This document shows positions 11,083-18,130 of a DNA stretch of 21,137 nucleotides, one piece after another. Every line of letters begins with the position of its first letter. The stretch's first letter is position 1. The notes beneath the pieces are model-generated. The model was given only the letters and a program-made list of their open reading frames with translations, did not search any database and had not been told where the DNA came from. The translations under genes and the position numbers were made by a program. Source of the DNA: Tubiluchus corallicola (lineage: Eukaryota > Animalia > Priapulida); assembly GCA_030141605.1 (NCBI GenBank), contig JAQGDQ010001919.1, forward strand, positions 1 through 21,137, in the 5' to 3' direction.

Positions 11083-11258
11083 GTTATGCCAAATGACGTG
11101 ATGAAATACTTCTCTAACATTGGTGAAGTGAAGTATTTACGAATGGCCGGTAGTGAGGACGCTTCCTGCAAATATGCTTACATAGAATTCACGGAGCAGA
11201 CAACCGTTCCCTTGGCTCTTCAGTATAACGGTGCCCTGTACAATGGATGGAGAATCAA
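11083..11258 (+). CDS. SREK1: SREK1/SRSF11-family splicing factor, coding exon 5 (RRM2); gene incomplete in window
   Basis: Acceptor ttccacAG (11081-11082). VMPNDVMKYFSNIGEVKYLRMAGSEDASCKYAYIEFTEQTTVPLALQYNGALYNGWRIK matches SREK1 'GEVKFVRMAGDE..P.RFAFVEF..Q.SVP.AL..NG'. Probable donor AA|GTACAG at 11259. The five exons splice in frame (719 nt). The expected 'HSNNAIVKP' and RS-domain exons were not found. Confidence 0.9.
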
Positions 11259-11360
11259 GTACAGCTTACGATTTCTTTTAAACCAGTTAAAAACAATTAT
11301 ACAGTAGCTGACATCTTGAACAAATGTGCAATGAAACCACATAATGTGAACGTCGCTTAA

Positions 11361-11851
11361 CTCCTGCAGAACCGCAAGGTTTAAAACAAGATTTTATAAG
11401 AACTATGACTTTTCTGCTACTGTTTGAGCACAGACATAACTAAATGATTACAAATTAGGTACTATTGTATTCAAGAGAAACTCGGCTATACAATCATGCT
11501 ATTTGTTTAAACATTTTTAAGTGATTTAGTTCAATAAAATTATGAAAAACGCGCCCTTGCGACATTGCAACTTAGTCCATTGAGTAGCTTAGTCTGGTGT
11601 ACACTTGCATGATCGTACACACTATTTTATTGATCGCCTGCTTGCTGTAGCCCAAGAGAACTGTCTGCTGTACAGAGTTCCAGGAAAAACCAACCGATCA
11701 GTCAAGGATAAATTAAGGTCGTCTCAAATTCCAACAGGAATTTCTGCTTAAAAATAGAATATACTTGAGGCCAAAGTATATCAGAGTGTTATGTCCGGAC
11801 AGTTGAAATTTTCTGCATAAGCCGATTTCGTACAAGTGATACTGTACATTG
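11361..11851 (+). mobile_element. Left part of the same TTAA MITE family (left TIR present, right end missing)
   Basis: TTAA 11357-11360 then CTCCTGCAGAACCGCAA. Collinear with the reverse complement of 3720-4204 (e.g. gacttttctgctactgt.tgagcacagacataactaaatgattacaaatta). Similarity stops at 11851, about 100 bp before the cGLR stop codon. Confidence 0.85.
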
Positions 11852-11947
11852 AGTTCCCAAATACAAATATTTGCTTGGAATTCGTGTAATACTTATTAAA
11901 ACATTGGATTTCTGATGACTAAATTTAACCAAATGACTAAAGCATTT

Positions 11948-14347
11948 CTAAGATGCACTTTGCTGTTTCTTATCACTTTCTTCTATCTCATCCCAAACGA
12001 TTTTTAAATCGAAATCAACTCTCACAATATCCGCCTCGTCCAATATTCCTTCCCCCTGAGTTAGTACATGTGTTTTTAACATAGCACGGTACTTTTCAAA
12101 ATCTGGTTCCATTAGACCTTTTTTTGATGGTATGGCGCCATCAGTTAATTTCTTTTCTATAGCACGTGCTGCGTCTTCTGCCAATGTTAACAATGGAATG
12201 CCACTCATTTCTTTATGTTTTAGATCTTCTAAGATATTAACATCATTTAGCAGTGGGTGAAACATTGTGCCTTCTCGGCAACAGTCCCCAATGTACTGGA
12301 ATATAGAGACAGCTCGAGCTTTCAAGTTTTCTGTGCCCCAGTCATCTTCAGTGGTCACCACTTCATGCAAGAAGGCCACTTTTAACATGTAAGAGTCAAT
12401 GACCTTATCTGGTTGATACTTTATTGCTCCGTATAATTCTGGCAAGTTGACATCTAAAATGACCAAACTGGTGTGGTATGCTAAAGCATCAGGATTGGGA
12501 TATAAATGTATTTCTTTGTTGCAAGAATACAGGACAGGCTTTACTAGCACCTTTATGAGGATCAACACCATCTTATGGTTGCTGTCTAAGTTCTTTATAA
12601 ATTCACATTCAGCAACAGCAAATGTGGGTTCAACTTTTGTTTTTGATTCATCTGGTTTGAGCACGTAGTGATAACTGTTGACCTCTGGCCATTTATCATT
12701 GGCATTCTTTGGTACTCCCTCTTCTTCAGCACATGGTGTCACATCTACAGAGACTGCTATTTTTTTGTTTGGCAACAGAACACGTAATTTCAAACATGTA
12801 CAGACTTTATTCCATTCCACTACATGTGGAAAGCTGTTTGGCACAATTTTCTCTTTAAATTCCTCTTCTTGCAAAGCTGTCGCCACGGCTCTGCACAGGG
12901 ATTGGGAAAACATCTCCTTTAATTTTCCTAAATCTGCTGTGAAATCTCCGTGCAGTTGTACCACAACAAAAAAATCAAACTCATCTGGCTGGCCAATCTT
13001 TACTCCACAAGCCGAACTGCCAACAAGTATGGGCACAAATCTTATACGATGATTTTTGTAAACAATTCTGCTAACAGCACCTAACAATTCCTTTATATTT
13101 TTTCTAATATAGTCAAATTCTTTTACATTTGAAATTGTTCCTAATTCAGGCTCGGAAACCAAGTCCTTTAGAGACAATCCACAAATGTTTTTTGACACTG
13201 TTTCATCATCCTCTTTGCCAGAAAGCTCTGAAGACACTTCTTGCCACCTTTGAAAGTACTGATAGGAAAAAAAAAGTCCTGCAATTCGTTTGTAATTTCT
13301 GTTCAGTGCCTTTTCGTAAGCTCGTCGGATGCATATATCATAAACCGTTTCATGAGACTCATTTAACATTTCGGTCTGAACTCCTATATCAATGAGGTAT
13401 TTAACAACGTCTACACTTTGAGGTGACAAGTGAGCATCTTGACAAGCCAGATGAATTAGACTTCCTCCATTGTAAAGTTTATTTACTATCTGCCTCACTA
13501 TTTCGCCTGATTGCCTCTCTAGCATAGTTTCATATATTAATTTAACAACATCCAGTCTACCTTCTATACATGCTATGCAAAGTGGGGTCCAACCATGATT
13601 ATTTTCTGCCAGAATGTCAGAGCCCGCAAAAATCAGAAGTGCTGCACAATGAACATGTCCTTGCATTGCTGCCAAATGCAGAGCGGTATCACCTGTTGGC
13701 TCCAGGTAGAAGACATTTGCACCTTTGAGAAGCAGCAAAACAAGGGTTCCAAAGTGCCCTTTAAATGCTGCAGCATGGAGGGGTGAATCACCATCAACTG
13801 AAATGTAAGGTTCAATTTTGGCGCCATATTTAATTAACAGCTTCACTACTTCAGTGTGGCCTTCCCATGACGCAAGCTGTATAGGTCGTATTTTACACTT
13901 TTCTGGGAAGCCATCAACTTCTGCTCCGTGAACCAACAGCATTTCACAAATTTCTGTATGTCCCGCTCTAGCTGCTAATATTAAAGGCGACAATCCATTC
14001 CTTCTAGAAAGACAGTTTATGTCAGCACCCCGTTCAATGAGTTGCTGTGCAAGAAAAGTATGTCCCAAATGACATGCAGTTTCAAGGGGGGTTACTTCTG
14101 TATAACCTAGACTTGAAAGTTTTATAGTGAATCGTGATAGACTTTCCATTTCTGCTCCTCTGTTGAGAAGTTCATGAACAAGCTCATGCATGTTAAACCA
14201 CGTTGCAGTATCTAGCAGCTTGTTGAGCAACTCTGTTCCATCCACATCAAGTATAACAGCAAATTGGTAACCAATTAGTAACTTCTCGAGTACCAATTTT
14301 TGTTCGGCGTCTGACACGCTGTCAATAAGTACCTTGATTCTTTCCAT
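11948..14347 (-). CDS. Ankyrin-repeat / Mab-21 (cGAS-like receptor, cGLR) nucleotidyltransferase fusion protein, 799 aa, single coding exon
   Basis: Uninterrupted ORF with good Kozak context (GATATGG) and an in-frame stop 15 nt upstream. Ankyrin motifs TPLETAC, SPLILAA, RPIQLAS, SPLHAAA, TALHLAA, TPLCIAC, SLIHLAC (about aa 85-345). NTase motif LVG443S444-x11-E456FD458 plus third acid VSVD535V. Mab-21 C-lobe motifs TFAVAE, S652YMLKVAFLH, W...L, DC....MFHPL..VNIL. Confidence 0.92.
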   Translation of the reverse strand: MERIKVLIDSVSDAEQKLVLEKLLIGYQFAVILDVDGTELLNKLLDTATWFNMHELVHELLNRGAEMESLSRFTIKLSSLGYTEVTPLETACHLGHTFLAQQLIERGADINCLSRRNGLSPLILAARAGHTEICEMLLVHGAEVDGFPEKCKIRPIQLASWEGHTEVVKLLIKYGAKIEPYISVDGDSPLHAAAFKGHFGTLVLLLLKGANVFYLEPTGDTALHLAAMQGHVHCAALLIFAGSDILAENNHGWTPLCIACIEGRLDVVKLIYETMLERQSGEIVRQIVNKLYNGGSLIHLACQDAHLSPQSVDVVKYLIDIGVQTEMLNESHETVYDICIRRAYEKALNRNYKRIAGLFFSYQYFQRWQEVSSELSGKEDDETVSKNICGLSLKDLVSEPELGTISNVKEFDYIRKNIKELLGAVSRIVYKNHRIRFVPILVGSSACGVKIGQPDEFDFFVVVQLHGDFTADLGKLKEMFSQSLCRAVATALQEEEFKEKIVPNSFPHVVEWNKVCTCLKLRVLLPNKKIAVSVDVTPCAEEEGVPKNANDKWPEVNSYHYVLKPDESKTKVEPTFAVAECEFIKNLDSNHKMVLILIKVLVKPVLYSCNKEIHLYPNPDALAYHTSLVILDVNLPELYGAIKYQPDKVIDSYMLKVAFLHEVVTTEDDWGTENLKARAVSIFQYIGDCCREGTMFHPLLNDVNILEDLKHKEMSGIPLLTLAEDAARAIEKKLTDGAIPSKKGLMEPDFEKYRAMLKTHVLTQGEGILDEADIVRVDFDLKIVWDEIEESDKKQQSAS

Positions 14348-14732
14348 ATCAACAATGAGTCAAAAACACTTCTCGCTGTAATCTTTTAGTCAGGTAGCAG
14401 AAAAACCAAAGTGGCTAATTTATATTGTGTATCAAAAATATCATACAAACAGCATACAAAATGGTCTTATGCTTTATTTTATTTTCAAGCACGTAAACTT
14501 TTACCAGATAGTAGAACGTTCTAGCGAATAATAATTCCACAAGGTGTGATAGTAAAATTTGTGCGTATTGTACCTTTGTACCTTAATCACAGCAAACTGT
14601 TGACCAAAAAACGTACAACTTATCTTGGCAAATAAGACGCAATTTGTCTAAGCGCTGTTATCAGATGTAAATAGGGAAACATGGCGTCTTGGAGAAATTG
14701 TTGCTGTATATTTAATTCTAAACGTGGACTCT

Positions 14733-15575
14733 TGATACAGTCTTTTAGGTTCATTTTGTTTGTTTATTGGTGGCCATTACATATTTTCAAGGCTTGTTAA
14801 TGTAGTTGTACTCAAAATGAAAATATAATTATTATGGAGCTAGCAATAATTATATATGTACAAGAAAAATATACCCAGTCTATAGGTTGCTGTGACGTCA
14901 GTCTGGAATATAAGAACTACTGAGCAGCATTGCAACCCCTTTTAATATAGTTGACTTTGTATTCTAGTATGATTTTGTGTATATCCTATACTTAGGTTGC
15001 ATTAATAGCTTAATTTAGCTAATTACTTATGTTAATTGAATGAGTCATTAGTTAATTACTCATTAAACGAATTTATCTACTACAATAAAGCAAGTAGTGA
15101 CTGTACATATATGAGCCCGCACCTAGTTAGCTCTGGGAAGGGTCCCACCTCGTACCTGTCCTAGATCTCCTTTACAAGAAAGTAAGTGATTGGTCATACG
15201 CTCAACTGAACAGGCTGTCTGGCCAATAAATCGTCGTGTTAAAGGACAAGGTCATCCAGTTTTACGTGTTCGAGAAATTGAAACCAGGTTCAACCCAGTG
15301 TGTCAAACGTGCTAAGCCAGTGAAGTCATCGAATATGGCTTCCGACGAACATTTATTAATAATCGAAGTCAAGACTTAATTACTGTGGCGACAGAAAGTG
15401 ATTAAAGGGCACTGACACACCAAAGGGTTAGGTGTTCGAGCCGTGAGGCGGAAACACCAATAAACTGGCTATTATTCGTTATTTTACGTACTGCTGTAAA
15501 CGGAAATTCAGGAGATCTGATGCAGAAACAACCAGGCGATGACCAGACGTTGTATCAATGGTAGTTCCACGAGCT
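14733..15575 (+). mobile_element. Possible 5' LTR plus degenerate primer-binding site, hosting the nested solo LTR
   Basis: TGATACA (14733) ... TGTATCA (15557), with AATAAA near 15459. It is followed by A-TGGTAGTTCCACGAG, which resembles the complement of a tRNA-Gln 3' end (TGGAGGTTCCACCGAG). No target duplication and no internal ORF. Confidence 0.38.
14857..15107 (+). mobile_element. Probable solo LTR, 251 bp
   Basis: Termini TGTACA...TGTACA, 4-bp TATA on both sides (14853-14856, 15108-15111), TATAAG near 14908 and AATAAA at 15084-15089. The target duplication is low-complexity. Confidence 0.55.
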
Positions 15576-15807
15576 CCACAGGTCAGGACTCCACTGCACT
15601 CCACTAGGATTGGAGTACTTTACCACTTACGACTCCGGTACACCTGACAAGCATTGTAGAAGTGGCCACATAAGTTTCCGCCCCCTGCTCGAACTTTGGA
15701 AGAGTAACTGCTCAAGATTCCACGAAGTTCGCATAACCGTTTAGTCATGTTATTCCAGCTTCCAGAGTGATGGAGAACGTCAAATGTTGGAATCCGACAG
15801 TGTCCGA

Positions 15808-16341
15808 CTTTTCAGGCACTCCAACTTAGCCTATTGAGTAGCTTAGCCTGGTGTACACTTGCGTGATCGTACACATTATTTTATTCATTGCCTGCTTGCT
15901 AGAGCCTAAGCTGTTTCACTGTTCTACTGCTATTCCAGAAAAAAACAACTCGGCAGCCAAGAAGAAATTAAGGTCGTTTCATCTTTTAATGAGAATTTCG
16001 CCTTAAAACTAGAGTAGAGTTGAGACCAAAGTTTATCAGAGTGTTGTGTCTGGACAGTTGAAATTTTCTGCATTAGTCAATTTCACACAAGTGATACTAT
16101 ACATTGTTACAGTGCAAACACTGCAGTTGCTGCAAGCCCTTTGCAATTTATTCATCAAAAATCGATTTTTAATTTGTCTAGCGTAAGCAAATGAATTTCA
16201 TTTATAATTTTGCATGAAAATCCATTGTGTGAGGAGTAGAAACCTACAAAAATGATCAAATGTAACGTAATCGCTGCTTAGTGAGAGCAGTTTTTCATGA
16301 ACCCGTGCAAAATGCAGCAAACATTTACGGTCCTGAAGGAG
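15808..16341 (+). mobile_element. Right part of the same TTAA MITE family (right TIR present, left end missing)
   Basis: Begins cttttcaggcactccaacttagcctattgagtagc (reverse complement of about 3975-4011) and ends TTACGGTCCTGAAGGAG followed by TTAA at 16342-16345. The TIR matches the 11361 TIR at 14/17 positions. Confidence 0.85.
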
Positions 16342-16812
16342 TTAATGCCCAAATTTTCAGCAAAACAAAATATCTGTATTTACACAGACCTGTGCATATT
16401 ATTGCACTCATCAAACTACTATCGTTTTTGCAGTTTCCAAGCGGCTAAACTAAATTTATTATCATTTTTAAGCAAGTTACTTATTTGAGTGTTTCTACAG
16501 AAAGGCCGGCCAAAAGAAATTTGGTTCCGTCTTACCTCGTGAGCACAAAACATGTCAGTAGGGAGGGAGAAGAATTTTTTTCAAGGCTTTGTGTATATTT
16601 AAAGCTGGACCGTGTTATGTTTAAATTCACTTTAAATCAAAGTTTGTTTATTTCCCACTGGTTAGCAGTAATGTTTTAAATTTTTTCAATGCACATTTCT
16701 TCACTCTTTGTCTTTTAGTTTCGCATTGCTAAATTATCGCATAATTATCGATTATTGTATAGTCTCTTGTTTGTATGATGAAACGTGTATGATCTGGTAA
16801 TAATGGTATAAG

Positions 16813-17855
16813 TGGCAACACTACTCGGCTGTTAATACACCGATTTGGTGGAAAATTCAACACTTTTTTACCTCCAGTATAATGAGAATCATACAAAATG
16901 GCAACACTACTCGGCTGCTAATACACTGATTTGGTGGAAAATTCAACACTTTTTAGCCTCCAGTATCATGAGAATCATACAAAATGGCAACACTACTCGG
17001 CTGTTAATACACTGATTTGGTGGAAAATTCAACACTTTTTTACCTCCAGTATCATGAGAATCATACAAAATGGCAACACTACTCGGCTGTTAATACACTG
17101 ATTTGGTGGAAAATTCAACACTTTTTTACCTCCAGTATCATGAGAATCATGCAAAATGGCAACACTACTCGGCTGTTAATACACTGATTTGGTGGAAAAT
17201 TCAACACTTTTTAGCCTCCAGTATCATGAGAATCATGCAAAATGGCAACACTACTCGGCTGTTAATACACTGATTTGGTGGAAAATTCAACACTTTTTTA
17301 CCTCCAGTATCATGAGAATCATGCAAAATGGCAACACTACTCGGTTGCTAATACACTGATTTGGTGGAAAATTCAACACTTTTTAGCCTCCAGTATCATG
17401 AGAATCATGCAAAATGGCAACACTACTCGGCTGTTAATACACTGATTTGGTGGAAAATTCAACACTTTTTTACCTCCAGTATCATGAGAATCATACAAAA
17501 TGGCAACACTACTCGGCTGTTAATACACTGATTTGGTGGAAAATTCAACACTTTTTTACCTCCAGTATCATGAGAATCATGCAAAATGGCAACACTACTC
17601 GGCTGTTAATACACTGATTTGGTGGAAAATTCAACACTTTTTAGCCTCCAGTATCATGAGAATCATGCAAAATGGCAACACTACTCGGCTGTTAATACAC
17701 TGATTTGGTGGAAAATTCAACACTTTTTTACCTCCAGTATCATGAGAATCATGCAAAGTGGCAACACTACTCGGCTGGTAATACACTGATTTGGTGGAAA
17801 ATTCAACACTTTTTAGCCTCCGATACAATGAACGTCATACAAAATGGCAACCCTG
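16813..17855. repeat. 86-bp tandem repeat, 12 copies, with 5-unit higher-order structure
   Basis: tggcaac recurs at 16813, 16899, 16985 ... 17759; the array ends in TGGCAACCCTG (17845-17855). Confidence 0.95.
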
Positions 17856-18130
17856 GCCGAGAGTTAGCCGCAAAAAAACATGGCCGCGCCCTGCGTTCAT
17901 GATGTTATAACGACGAAATAATGATGTTATGATAATTATTGCGTTTTATGTTTTAAATTAAAAAATACGCTTTTATATGACTGAGTCAAGCAAGTATATG
18001 ATTATACGAAAAATATATATATAATTTCCACCGTGTGCGCGATAAAAATGTATTACTTAGGCGATTAGACGGAAACACAGGTATTTTTATTGTCTGCCAA
18101 AAGTAAAAGTGTGTATTTTATGCATCGTGT

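Noticed and set aside
12447-13827. Short ORFs overlapping the cGLR gene
   Set aside because: Antisense or alternate-frame shadows of the 799-aa ORF with no recognisable motifs.
11948-14347. Bacterial endosymbiont or viral origin (ankyrin effector or CBASS CD-NTase)
   Set aside because: The C-lobe motifs (SYMLK, W..L, HPL..VNIL) are of the animal Mab-21/cGLR type and there is no operon context; a phylogeny would be needed to exclude transfer fully.
16385-16440. Candidate SREK1 exon 6 (ILLHSSNYY)
   Set aside because: Only superficially like HSNNAIVKP, and no acceptor in the required phase.
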